Positions 25,217 to 38,628 of a DNA stretch of 64,000 nt are shown here, piece by piece. The position numbers and the translations under genes are program-made. Source of the DNA: Botryllus schlosseri (taxonomy: Eukaryota). The notes beneath the pieces were generated by a model. The model was not told the origin of the DNA, ran no database searches, and worked only from the letters and a program-made list of their open reading frames with translations. Numbering within the stretch: the first letter of the stretch is position 1; the number at the start of each line of letters is the position of its first letter. Location of the stretch: assembly GCA_051294905.1 (NCBI GenBank), contig CM119372.1:14138001-14202000 (forward strand), read 5' to 3'.

Positions 25217-25833
25217 ATGGTTTTCATGAATTAAAATGGATCAACAATGCCACCTGACGGATGGCGTACAAGGTTGTAATGAAAATATTTGCACCATCGA
25301 GGGTTGTTGTTGTTGTATCGGTATATTCATGGTGTTTCGGTCATTTTACAACGGGCCTATGTTTCTTATTATGATCTCTGATCTGATAACTAGATAACTT
25401 GTAGCACGGCCCACTTTCGTTCTAAGCCAGTGGTTCCCAAACGGTGGGGAATTCGCCACTGGTGGGGAATTCAATGGTTTTTGGTGGGGAATACGCATTT
25501 GTACAGTATTATATACAGGACAGTCTACATATTCACGGAGACACATGCGTACTTACCGTTACCAGCTAACTGTTCTGGAATGTATGTATCGAAAATTATA
25601 TTGCGTGTTGTTCACAAAACCTCATTTTCAACTCTGGATGGCCAATTATGGCGTCACAAACGCATCCAGCACGACTAGTTTGACCCGAAATAACGCTTTC
25701 TCAAAATTTTGTGCATTACTGGTATCAGTTCACAATACGTTTTATATTGCAGTTATTGGCGATTGTCTTGCGTACTGGTGTGGTTGTGTGTCTTGTATAG
25801 TCTGTGATGACAAAAGTGTTGGGTAGTGAAGAA

Positions 25834-27243
25834 CAGGACCGTAACTGCCGAAGGGGCCGAAAATTATTTCGTGAATTAAAATAAATTATAGAGTATTTTT
25901 TGGAAATTTATGCCACTTTTTCAAAATATTTTTGCGCTGGAGGCGCGATTTAATGTTACCGAATATTGGGTACCCTTCCCCGCGAAAATACGTAGAATTT
26001 ATAGACATGCGGACACTTCGGCGTAGGCCATTACTGTGCCTCGACGCACCGAGACATATGAAGTTATAGGCCATGTAACCAGTGGTGGCTTTTGGGGTGG
26101 GCGAGGTGGGCGGTCGCCCGGGGCCCCCTGGTCGAAGCCCCCCCCCCCCCCTATTTGGATTTTGCGCTTTTTTCAAGGAGAATGACGAATAAACATGGAA
26201 ATCCGTGCACCAAGCAAGAATATGATTCCGTACAGATGTGTCAATCATCATTAAATCACTGCATTTGTTAGAAAAGTCCCGTATCCCGATAATCATCACG
26301 TCTCTGCATGCGGTAGAATTACTTAGTTTTGATGTAGTCTATCCTTGCACACATGCAAAATAGACATGGCCGAATCCAGCAACTGGGCAAACCTTTGCGG
26401 CGGTGAAAGATAGACAATAATAACCGATGCGGAAGGGGGGTCTGGGGGAAGGAGCCCCCCAGAAGTTACGGGTAGATACTTATAGGGGGCCCCGGTAAGT
26501 CTCGCCCAGCCCCCCCCCCCCCCCCCCCCCCACCCCGTTCGTAGGGCCACCACTGCATGTAACATACGACTCCGAGAAGTGTGCCAGAACGATCAGCAGC
26601 GAGAAGAGCTTGGCCGAGAAGGAATGCCCTAGTGGTTACAGAAAACTTCGATTTATATACAATATACTATACATATATGTTTATTTGTCCATAGGCGGCT
26701 AAATGGCTGGCGCCGACTGTTCCTGTCTTGGCGATCTGAACCCCAGAGGACAAATCATTTGCCAGTAAAGCAATACCAATTTGAAATCGTGTGTGCCTTT
26801 TAGTTTTGGCGATTTCCATATCTTTTGAAATAGCAGATATAGGAGGTCACGAAATAGCATAATGTAACGAAGTCAATATACCAAGATGTTTAATACTTAT
26901 TTAGGAGTCTTACCTTTTTCAACACACCTCACTCAGCTCTACCGGTAAATCTGATTACGTGAGAAGAGAGGGGGTAAAAAATTAATAGCAACATATATGC
27001 AATTCCCGATAATATGGACCGATTTAAACATGAATTATATAAATTTTTCGCGCTTCGCGCGTTTAGTCGAAATAAGGCGACGCTCGAAACAGTGGACCCA
27101 ATGTAGCTGATAACTAACGGGAAGAAAGCGTATATGCTCAGGGGGGCTGATGGGGTTCTAGGGAGTGGCCCACAGAAGTTGGGGGAGGGATCCAAGACCA
27201 ACGGTTTTTTTTTGGGGGCTGACGAAGTGCTGTTACGGTCCAG
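25834..27243. mobile_element. hAT-like element (CAGGACCGTAAC family)
   Basis: Ends CAGGACCGTAAC / GTTACGGTCCAG; flanks GTGAAGAA / GTGGGGAA; colinear with 39543-40861. Confidence 0.8.
26080..26555. mobile_element. hAT-like MITE (CAGTGGTGGC TIR)
   Basis: TIRs CAGTGGTGGC / GCCACCACTG; perfect TSD CATGTAAC; a single copy of the site is present in the paralogs at ~39828 and ~40955. Confidence 0.88.
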
Positions 27244-30200
27244 GTGGGGAATGAAGGCTCGGAATAAATCTGAAGTGGGGAATGAAGGCAAAAAGGTTGG
27301 GAACCACTGTTCTAAGCTTTTGTAAGCCTTCATCACGGGGGTCATGAAAAAATTTAAATGCCTCTGTCATCAATAAATCTACTACACTCTACCAAAAGAA
27401 GCAAATCGACATTTAAGCTGCAATCCAATTGAGCCTATATTGTTGTCATCCGTTGCATGCCATTACTTCTGAAGACAAAGCAGCGCGGTCGCTTTTCATC
27501 ACTAAAGCCATCATCTCACAAGACATTATCAGAGCAAAACAAGCTCAACCACGACATTAACTGAATATATGTACTAACCAATAAATGTAGGGATGCGGCC
27601 ATTGATTGATTTTTTTTTTCAATTTTTAAAAGAGGGCCACGGTGCAAAAAAGTCCATTCTAGCACATACAAATTATGAGAAGGAAAGAGTGGAAGGTTCC
27701 TTTTTACCTGAATTGTTTCGAAATTTGTAAATTAAATAGGCCTACTTGCAAACTATAATTGTCCTTCTGTTGGTAGGAAATTTCAAATTGCAGCTCCAAA
27801 TTGCGAATTTCTTTAAATTGCAACTCTATTACGGTGGCGTTCTGAAGAAAATGGCTGCGGCCAAAAATGTTTTCGTTTTGCCCTTCACTTTGAGACCACA
27901 TCATTTTTAGAGTGCAGTGCCCCTTTAAATGAATTTGACGTGTTGCATAGTGACGTGACATTGAGGAATCGGAGTTTTATCTTCGTGCATCTTGAGTAAT
28001 TTCTGTTACGTGAAATCGGACGAGAATAAAGAGAATGGTGTAATAGACCTGCTGATGGTTTGAAAATTTGCCAATATTTAAAAGTGAAGGTTGAGTGAGT
28101 CGTACAAACGCAGAAAAGAGTTGAATTACATACAGTTATATTAACAACAATCGTCAATTTTTATACGCGAGCCAATAAGTCCCCCGCAGTTATGAAGATT
28201 CTCAATTTGTAACGACTTTACGAAGATGCACAAGTCTACTTTTTTTGGCTGATTCATGATGACAATCATTTTGCCACGCTCTAGCATATAAATAGATACG
28301 AGTTATTAGTCGCGATGCTATAAATATAATAGACGGACTAATATAGCCTATATTTATTTATATCAGCTCACGCTATATATAATTAATTAATTATATTTGA
28401 CATGCATGATCGCCGGATTTATCGTTTTCAATTTTTACGACTTTCTTACGTTTCATTCAAATCATTCTACGTCTTGGCATTCAACTTGTCGACGGATAGC
28501 GATAGAGTGGAAATCGTAATATCACAAACACTTTTGTAGTGTTGGCCACCATTATCATATTTGCTAAATTACAATAAGATGAGAATTATGCCTACGCCAA
28601 TATTTGTAAATGCAAGTGATTAGCTTACACCATTTATTGCCGTTCAAGTGATGTTCAAATCAAATTCGAATCAACATCATTTACCGAGTATCTATGGGTT
28701 GTAAGTCACTACCTTCGAATTGTATAATATGTCATTCCGATTTACTGCGAATTTTGACAATTCGAGAGCAAAGACAAGTTATTTCAAAATGTTTGAAGTC
28801 GAGTCACGAATCAATTTTCTTGCAATTTTCAGAGAAACTATAGTAAAATATGATGCGCTAGGTTTCTTTTTTGAGGAGTTCTGTGCATTGCCAATCTATT
28901 CATCAACCATGATCGGGCGGATGAGTATAATGTGGTAGTTGTTTGTGGTATTCGTGGTATTTGTCGACTACTATGGTCAATTGATCATTTACACCATGCC
29001 AATTTTCATCATTCTATTCCGTAGTTAGTTGCCCACTTCAAGGCTTTTATAAGACACCGCTTACATAGATGAGATGGCAAGGATGAGCCTAGATAATCCA
29101 TATTTCTATCAATTATTCAAGTCATCGTCTGATTATATTTCATCTGCCCAACACACTCACACAAATGTACAATGCGATATACATTGAGAAAATCTACTAC
29201 GACTCTTCTCTACTGCGAAAGCGGTTCATTTCGAAATTTCATTCTGATACATTCAAGATATCTTAATTTGGGTAGAGGTCAGCATCGGGCTGAAAATATC
29301 GTCGTCATCGTGATGGCGTCATGCAAGGTGACGCAGCAATATATGATGCTGTATTTTGTGTTTATATAGCTCAGTGGTTTTGCAAACCTCTCAGTCTTCA
29401 ATCTCTCCATGCCTGAGCATCGCTGCTATGCTCCTTCTTATCGCTCCGACCTCCGATGTGCTTTAGCCATAGCGTAAGTCTACCTATAGATAATTAACCT
29501 ACGGACGTTAGCTATCTATAGTCTAACCCTTCGGTATGTCAATTTTCTTCAGCGAGTATTCAGATTGTTTGCAGGATACCAATACCTATAAAGCAGGGGA
29601 GAGGGTTCGGTGCCATTGAGCGCGGCACTGAGAGTGAGTTCATTCGATTTTAATGTGGATATATACAATTAAATAATAATATATGCAATAATTATTGAAA
29701 TAAACCCGAATATTTTCGACTGACACTCGTCAGTGGTCAGTGGAATCGTCAGGAAACAGCAACTCGCAGAGAATTTAAATGAACATTGTATATATATCAA
29801 CAATCAAATCACTAGATGTGATTTTGAGGCACTTCGTTCAACTTCGGCAATAAAGCCACTGTGACAAAAGCAGTTATCAAGTCGGATGCCGTTATCTGTC
29901 AACTATCGCCATGTGGTGTATTGTGGGGCTAAAGGAGTGTATGTTCCGCACCCGTAGCCAAAGGAAGGAAAGGGGCCAGAATCCTCCAAAACATATCTCG
30001 TCGAGTGTCTTGATTGATCGTCGGGTGTCAAATTTGATCACTTATGTTTCAATTCGTACAGGGAGGTGTAATTGCTCAGCCTGGTGAAAGACAAGAGTTG
30101 ACGTAAACTTGGCGAAATGTTACTAACCAATAGGCCTATTCCTTACTCGTTGATCTGATTCAAGTTGCTTCTTCGGAATACTGCTACTTGATTCTGTGGC

Positions 30201-30410
30201 TTCTGACTCCAAACAGCAGTCGTTTCATAATCAATATCATAGCGATCTCACCTGATTTAGTATTTGAAAACTATATTTGCTGCCTTTCTAATCACTTATG
30301 CATAACAAAGACTTCGCAACATCATGTCTGGAATGTATATATGAATTGTCGTCTCGTTTCACATCCCATCTTTTGCAGGTATATTTGTATAAATAACTAT
30401 CCGCGTAAAA

Positions 30411-33400
30411 ATGTCATCTGCTGCACTGTTGATGAAAGTTGTTGCGTCCTCCGTACGTGCTGCGGATAAAGCAGCAGAACTTGTGAGGAAAATTATGAAA
30501 GGAGGTGATCTGGGGATAATCGACAAGGTGCGGTAGCTTACATTGATAAAGAATCAATAGAGTCAATTCTCTTCCTCGTTGCTAAGCCTACCTTGCCAAA
30601 CTATGAATGCTTAAATCCATTAATGCACGATGCATGACTTCCAGGGCGGCTTGAACAACTTTCAAACAGAAGCAGACAGGTCTTGTGAACGGTTAATCCG
30701 TGCGACACTTGCTGCACAATATCCCAATCTTAAAATCATCGGAGAGGAAGATGAAGCAGCGGACGCGAGCTCGGACGCCAAATCTGGAATGGATGACGAT
30801 GTGCTTTCCAAAGCCTGCCCCGAAAGTCTGAAAGATGTCAAAGAAGAACAGGCAGGAGTTCTTTCCGTCCATGTTACTTTGATATTCAGAATTGAACAAT
30901 TTATCTGTGCGCGGGTCAAGATAGGCACTTGCTATTATGCAATTTCTAATCTCGAAAAGCGATATCATTGTCACCAATTCTGCACCGCTGCTTGAACAAA
31001 GTAGAGCGGAGTGAGATGCTTCAGACACTTTGGCTCAAGAATTGAGTATAATACGGTGCAAAGATGTGGCAAGTATCTAGATTTGATCCCAACTCTGGTT
31101 ATACTTGCCCAAAGTCAAGTCGACTCTGCAGGAATAGTTCAAAATCCGTAGCTAAACTACTCCAGATGTGACTCCTAGTCATGAATGCTGTGACGAATAT
31201 TGATTCATAAAAGGATAATTGATTGGAATTCAGTCGCAAACATTAAAATTTGCGATATTTACTGTGGAAAACGGCTAACATACTGTATCCCGTTTAGGGC
31301 ACGGTGGTGACCAGAAGGGGTGTAAGAACTAAGAAGTACTCAGGTAGAAGTAATGCTGCAAATTTCTACTCAAATACAATAAGAAATAGTGATTTCTAAG
31401 ACATGTCAAACTTCAAGTGGAAGAAGAACATGAAGATTTGAAGACAACTCTAATGAGTAGTTTCAGAGAGTAGATATGGTCCACACATGAGTCGTCTAAT
31501 ACTTTTAAGAGCTGATCGAAGGTGGTTACTTTAAAAATTGCAGGGTGCAAAACGCAAAATGACTAATGCCACTACAAATTGGTGCAATTTTTGAAAATAA
31601 ATTCAATTACTGTGATGCACAGGCTATTTCATCCAGTAGCTAAGACATTCATAAACGTGATGAAACATGTCCCTAAACTAATTTGTACTTTATTGAATGC
31701 TAAGTGTAAAAGTGAAGTAGTTTTGTGTACAAAATGGTAGGTAGAAGTGGAAGTAGTCAAAAATCGTAATCACTTCTTGAGCAAGTAGTGCAAGTAGGCA
31801 AAACTTACTTGACTACACCGAAAATGTAGAAGTACTTTATTACTTGCCATCTCTGGTGGTGACACTCAAAAATTCACATATATCCTAGTGAACTTTGCCA
31901 TAAATTGAAGTTGCAAACTTTTGGGCCCTATGATATTCCTCAAGTATGTATGAACTATCAATGCAGTTCACTGCATACAGCAAGACCCAAAGTCTGATGT
32001 AAGACATTGTGTCATGTTCTGCATGCACTACAATGTGTAACTGATGTATAAGTGCAGTTAACATATTTGCTTGTAACTAAACCGCTGGTATTTTCTTTTT
32101 AGATCGTTGTATGGGTGGATCCTTTAGACGGGACTGCTGAATTTACACAAAGTAAGCCTTGAATTTCATGGAATACCGGTACTCATATTTATTGCCCATA
32201 ACATTGTTTGCATACTGTCTCTTGCAGATCTCTTAGACCATGTTACAGTACTGATTGGAATCGCTGTCGACGGCAAAGCTGTAGCTGGAGTCATAAACCA
32301 ACCATTTTACAATTACAAAGCTGGCCCGGATGTGAGTTAACTCTTGTTTTATGTTTGGTTTCCCAGAACTTCGATATACCAGATCAGTACTGTGCAAACA
32401 AGTTGTGCAAACAGGTACTAGCTGCACGTTTTATCGCCAAACATTGTCGGTGACCTACCTACAAATATTTCATGAGCATGGAACGCTTTAGCATATGTCA
32501 CTTCAGCATGTGACTTTATAACCCAAAAACTAACCCGAAACATAACCCTGAAATTAACCCCTAGATATATCCTAACCCCAAGTCCTACCCTAACCCAACC
32601 CTAACCCACACGCTCATGTGTCGCATTCCCAATTGTCGCATCCTATAATGTCACATGTCCACGGACCCAATATTTCACTAAAAATAATGGCATTTTATAC
32701 AATAGCCTACTCACTGTGAGGAAAATCCTATGTGTGAAGTTGATCAGATAGGTCTGCCAAATACCATTAGTTTGTGTATGTGGTAAGGGAAGCGGCCCAT
32801 ATAACTTGGTGTGGCATGTCCTGCATTGATTTGTGGTATGTTTAATATGTGTGTGTCTTCAAGAATTGATTCAAGCATTCGTAAAATTCATGGTGTTTTG
32901 GGTCATCCCATACCTTGGTGCACCAGTACTTGTATCAATGTATAAATATTTTTTCCCTGTATATGACCATAATGCTCATCATTAACATGTCTGTGTTTTT
33001 CTGTTGTTTAAGTAGGCAGTGAATTTAAGACCTTCTATCCCTATTAAACTGACCCCGAGTGTTAGGTGACAATGTTGGGATAATCCGAATCTGGACTCGA
33101 GTTACTGCCTTAATATGACTGAACTTGATTGGGTCCATTCATCAGATATTCTACTTCGTAAAACCTTGTGATTAATACCAATCGTATATTTACTGAATTA
33201 CATTTCCATTCAAGTTTTTATTTATTTTGCAAAGACAAGTAAATTTTGGTCTTGAACTCAACCCAGAAGCATGTTATCTCTGACCTCTGCAAACAAGCAG
33301 CAATCTGTTTCGCCTTTTCTAATTCCATCGCTCTGTGAGGCTGGATTTTCCGCCGTCTATATGGTTAAAGTAAGTAGGCCTATACGTGATCCATCTTACT

Positions 33401-36400
33401 TGGGAGTTAAAGTTAGATTTGCTTTGACGACCCTATATCCAAACACATGATCGTGTTTCAGGTATAAAGGTATGCTCCAACTTAATTTATAGCACATGAA
33501 CACCAACAACGAAACCCCTGTTGCTATTGCATCCAGTTAGCCAATTCTTAATTTCCATTGCTTGATACCGCGGATACCTTGCCAAAGGAAACAGTTGCTG
33601 ACATTAGTCAGACCGCACAACAATGCGGACATTAGATCCATCACGTACATGTATCTCAGTTGCTACTATTTTCTTACGACCTAGTTTTACAACCTCGTAA
33701 ACGTTCAGCTTCCCCCACCTTCTTGAAACTGTAGCCTACACTATTTTACTGTGGTCCGTGATTAATATTGCCTACTCCTTTTCTTCAGGCAACTCTTGGC
33801 AGGACGATATGGGGAGTAGTTGGTGTCGGCGCCTTCGGATTCCAGCGACAAGAACTGCCCGCCGACTCCATGATAATCACGACTACCAGGTCGCATTCAA
33901 ACAAATTAGTCAATGACTGCATCGATAGCATGAAACCGACCGAAGTCATGAGAGTCGGAGGTGCCGGGAATAAGGTTGGTTTGATTCCATTATTAAAAGA
34001 ATTTGGCGTCGATGCATTTGTGGAGATAGGACTTCCACGGCGCATTTCTATTGCTACGGGACTGGTTTATCCATCAGATTGCCAATATCTTTTGGTCGGT
34101 CAGCATTTTACAATACTACAGGACCCTGATGGAAAAAATTATGTTTATGACGCGATCTGTTTGATGAAATGTGTGTGTATCAATATGTGTAACCAGGATG
34201 AAATATTGGGGTGGTGACGAATATTTGTAACAGTGACTTGTGATCGAGGATCCACTGTAAACGCTGATACACACAACACAGACAGCTTTATCATGTACCA
34301 GCGAATAATTAGGGCGAATTTATTTTTTGTTCCCCAAACTTACCCGGTGGCGCATAGGCGGTGGTTTCACTGTGAATCTAGGGACATATCCCTGCAATAT
34401 CGCACATCGTCTATTTCTCTGAAAAAATATTCCATAGCTGTTAAACCAATTGATATTGCTTCCTGTCGTTGGTGGATGGTTCGTTGTAATCTGGCTCGTA
34501 TATTGATCGCTTTGCGTCGACACTCTCGCAACTCTGACCGCGTCTGCAAACACACCTGCGGCATATCCGATCGATGCTATAGCCTACCTTGATATGGTGT
34601 GCACTGTGCAATGCATATATTATGACTTTCGCTGGTCACGTCTCGCGCATTCCATACAATCTTGTGTTCCTCTTTGATGTCAATGGGTTTGGTAGATTTA
34701 AGTTTCTTCGCCCAACAAAATTTGTCACTTTCGCCTTCATTCTTATCTCGCATACATCGCGCACCTCAGACAAGAGTATTCGTCTTCATTAAACATTCCT
34801 GAACATATCCATCGGATTACACGCAATACACGCAATTTCTCAGCTCCATCACGAGCACGACGAGCGAAATGATTGATAAACGAAAAACAACTTCAACGTT
34901 GCGGCGCGGATATCTCGAGGATGAATGACGCTGACTCGGCGCCTTTTCGTTAATTGGATCGTCGAGACGATGCAATTTTCGTATCGTGTCGTCGCGTTGA
35001 AAATTGTTAATGGCGGTGTCGCATGTAGTGCGCTTGGGTGATTTGGATGATAGTTGGTCCGAAAGGCCTGATTCGGATCGCCGTCTATATAAATTTGCAC
35101 GTGTCTGCAACCCCATAAATATATATAAATCAGCGGCTTCGATTATTTTCATTCGCTCTAGACACAATGCACAATGCGATCCACAAGATGCAATGCGATG
35201 TAATGAACAGATATGAGGATGACGAAACTACCATGATAAAGAGAGAGTCCATATCCGTCAACCAAGCGAATCGATGATAAAAAACGCAATTTGCAAGGTG
35301 AAAACGGCGGACTCGATACAGCAGTCATCAAACCCGAACCACCCGGACCAGGCCTAATACATGATAATCTCTCGGCTGTATATTTTAAGACGCACTTCCT
35401 AGCTCTTCGTTCGCTTCCCTTGTATCTGTCCTTCGCCTGGTCTTTCTCCACGCTTTTTTATAGGCGACGTAGGGGAGGAGGAACCCAGAGAAACCTCCGA
35501 CAGTCGATACGTGCTATCACCGAGACTCCTACCGTGGTTAGTGGCGCCGATGACGGTGGATTACCACATTGCCCTTCAGCCTTATTCGCAATGGTACACC
35601 CTTGTAACGTTAACGCAAAATTTGTCCACCCCAGTGCTGGAGTAATGTAAATTGGCACCATCACCGCAAAATGAATTGGGACCTACCAAAATTTTTACAC
35701 GTTTTGAGCGATCATCACACCATATAAACCAATTATTTAACCTAATACTTTATGATTCACAATAACTGATCAGTAGGCCATTTACAATAGTATAAAGTAG
35801 GCTATAAGGTGTAAAGTGAGAAATTCGCAGACAGTGCAACCTCTACGACACCAAGACAATGTGTCTTGTAAAATGTTTTGACTTCATAAATAATTTTACC
35901 TATTTTTTTTTTGCTCAACGCTATAATTTTGACTCTGTCGCCAGAGTCCTCACTCTCAATCCAGTCTCCTAATGTTGCGTCATTTTGCCCTATCAAGCAT
36001 CCTGATGAATAGAAATATGCGAAAGGGGTCATCATTGGTTGCAAGTTGCATTCAGTCTTGGTCGCGGTATCATGTTACATCCTTGTACACCCCATAAACA
36101 CCTTTGAAAAATTCGGGTACACCCTGAGGGCTATGATTCACCCGGTTGAAGAGCACTGGATTTACCGACCACGCCAACCCCGACCTTTTTGCGATGACTG
36201 GTAGACGTCCAAATCAATCACCATTCCCGTTTGTAATAGGTTCTCAAGCTCATCGAAGGAAAAGCGCATGCTTACGTTTTCGCGAGTCCTGGATGCAAGA
36301 AATGGGACACGTGCGGCCCGGAAGCCATATTGCACGCGCTGGGCGGCAAGCTCACTGACGTTCACGGTAGGCAACACTGCTGAGAATGAGAATTGCCATT

Positions 36401-36552
36401 TACTGACACGTACCCCCGTTATAGGAAACGCGTTGCAGTATCATAACGGCGTGAAGTTTCCCAACACGGCCGGCGTTATAGCCGCGTGTTCGCAACACGA
36501 GTGGTTCATCAGCAAAGTGCCCCAGTCTGTGAAAGATGAGATGAAACCTTGA
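30411..36552 (+). CDS. BPNT1: 3'(2'),5'-bisphosphate nucleotidase 1 (PAP phosphatase, inositol monophosphatase superfamily), ~305 aa, 7 coding exons: 30411-30527, 30645-30851, 32103-32151, 32228-32331, 33789-33974, 36240-36366, 36425-36552
   Basis: Spliced translation [39 protein letters not shown] / QTEADR / IIGEED / [15 protein letters not shown] / VTVLIGIA / INQPFYNY / LGRTIWG / [11 protein letters not shown] / VGGAGNK / [22 protein letters not shown]; phases are consistent; all acceptors are AG; exon lengths sum to 918 nt including the stop. Confidence 0.95.
31312..31855. mobile_element. hAT-like MITE in BPNT1 intron 2 (AAGTAG-repeat family)
   Basis: Ends CAGAAGGGG / CCATCTCTG; perfect TSD GTGGTGAC; AAGTAG repeats as in 295-1548. 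Confidence 0.75.
32519..32610. repeat. Degenerate TAACCC-rich tract in BPNT1 intron 4
   Basis: About seven spaced TAACCC / CCTAACCC units; probably internal to a small repeat element. Confidence 0.6.
33241..33440 (+). pseudogene. Decayed hAT (Charlie-type) transposase fragment
   Basis: Translates [20 protein letters not shown], resembling the PFxSTYLCExGFS motif; nearby stops. Confidence 0.5.
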
Positions 36553-38628
36553 CTGACCAGCGTCTTATGATGTGTTCTCGTGCAGAATTTGTTTATTGCT
36601 CTACAATAAGAATAAGCTCTTGCGTTACATGAAATAATACTAGTAATCATGCATTTTACTGCTGCAATCCGCTAATTTTTGAGATTATTATACAATGAAT
36701 GCAAAATTTTTAACAATCGGGGCTGTACGTGTTTCCGTGCTCGACTTGTGGTGTGTTTATGAGCGCTCGTCATCAGGTGACTTCAATTACGAATTGGTGG
36801 GTTGTACATGACCGCGTGGGACGTCGTATGCAATGACATGCGGTGAGTTTCGTTGATGGTGAGGCACTGAACCCGCACTCGCACGTTTGGTGCATGATAA
36901 AGATACGCAAAGATGTGAAAAGGAATAGCAGCCAGCATGAGAAAGTGGTTAGGCGAGAGCATTTGAGATCCGAAAAAGTGGTCACTTGTCGGAAATTCTG
37001 AAAGCTCCGGTACTGGAAAAGGAAAAGTGTGATTTTGAAATTTGTCGACCGATAATAGTACTGTGTTGACTAAAATACGGTCATCACGTTGACCCGACTA
37101 CCGAATTACCCGCTATTTTACGATAATGTGAGGTGTTTACTAAAAAATAGGTCATCGCTTCGACTCCCGAATTACTTGTCGCGACGTATTTTTCGTTGAT
37201 TGTCTTGCCAACTCTGACTTCGCTGAGTCGGAGTCGAATTTTGATCGCATTTGAATACTAGAAAAAGAGGACAATAAATTACCAAAAATGAGGATATTAT
37301 TTAGGCGTCCTCCGAGGACACTTTCAATTTATTGCAAAAATAGGACATATGGTAACCCTATATAAAACCTAAAAGGTTAACTGATTGAGTTGGCGACCTG
37401 TTCCTTAATTATCACAGTATCCGTCTGGCTATCTATGCTCCTGATCCGCGGTAGCGGTGTCTTGCAAAAGCCTAGAAGTGGGCCGTGCTACAGGTCAGCA
37501 GATATGGAATGATAATGTAGGATATCGGCCAGCTGTAAATGGTCATTGCAGTCGAAAAACATCATAAGTGCCACAAACAACAACGCAGGCTATGTAGCTA
37601 AGCTAGCCAACATACAACAATTTAAGGTAGGGGAAATACGTACCAGCTACATAAATAAGAGTATGTATTTGCTGCGCATTACATACCAGTCGAAGCTCCA
37701 CGATTCATGCGACACTGAAATCGATAGCGCGTTTCACTGTGCTGCGATTTGTTGGCGAATAGTGAGTATGAGGCAAATTCATCAGCGCCTGGCTATAGTT
37801 ACTCTGAGCTGTCATTGTACATAATTTCACGGAATTTCATATTCCTTGGTGATTTTGAGTGGGTTCCTGCGCTCTGGGATTGTTAATATTTTTGGAATCT
37901 GTGCGACAATAGCATTTGATTGATACCAATTCGAGCTTTTTGTGATGAATTGCATTGTCGCAGGTGAGGCATGACCCGCCTGTGCCTCACCTCTCCTTTC
38001 GCGCTGTATTTTCGGACAATAAATATGGCAATTGGTGATTTTGGATGAAAAAATGTTCAATTTTAGTTTTCATGAACACAGACGGTAAATATCAGTAATC
38101 ATTGGAGGTTTTCATAATTTTCCTTAATTCATCCTGGCGACAAGGTGAGGCACTGCCTCACTTGCCTCCCCTGACCGCACGTCACTGCCTCGTATCCATG
38201 AATGTTCACTGTTGAATCGATTTATACTACGATAAATCGCACGGTTGCTGAATGAAGGCGCCCTCAGGGAAAAAAAATATCACCTGATCGAAACGTTAGT
38301 GATGTGACTAATTTGTGAGAGGGTGTCGTTTCGGTGCTCCCATTTGTCAGATATCTACATGTTGATTAGATCAGGGGTGTCAAACATACGGCCCGCCGGC
38401 AGCATCCGGCCTGCCAGAAGGTTTAATCCGTCCCGAGAAGTAATTCTGAGTAAATCGAAAAATTCCTATATTAGCACATTTCTAACAAAAGTTGAGATTT
38501 CAAGTAAACATACTTAGACGAAAATATAATCCCTCAAAGACAGCCAATATAGAACATTTTCATAGCATCGGTTGCATTATAAGCATCCGGATGCAGTTTT
38601 GAATTTTGAATCACCATTAGGTCACATT

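Larger units (their letters stand above)
25428..27309. mobile_element. hAT (Charlie-like) element containing two nested elements
   Basis: TIRs CAGTGGTTCCCAA / TTGGGAACCACTG; perfect TSD TTCTAAGC. Confidence 0.9.

Noticed and set aside
32519..32610. True telomere or interstitial telomeric array
   Set aside because: Units are irregular and interspersed within an intron; more consistent with a TAACCC-rich repeat element.
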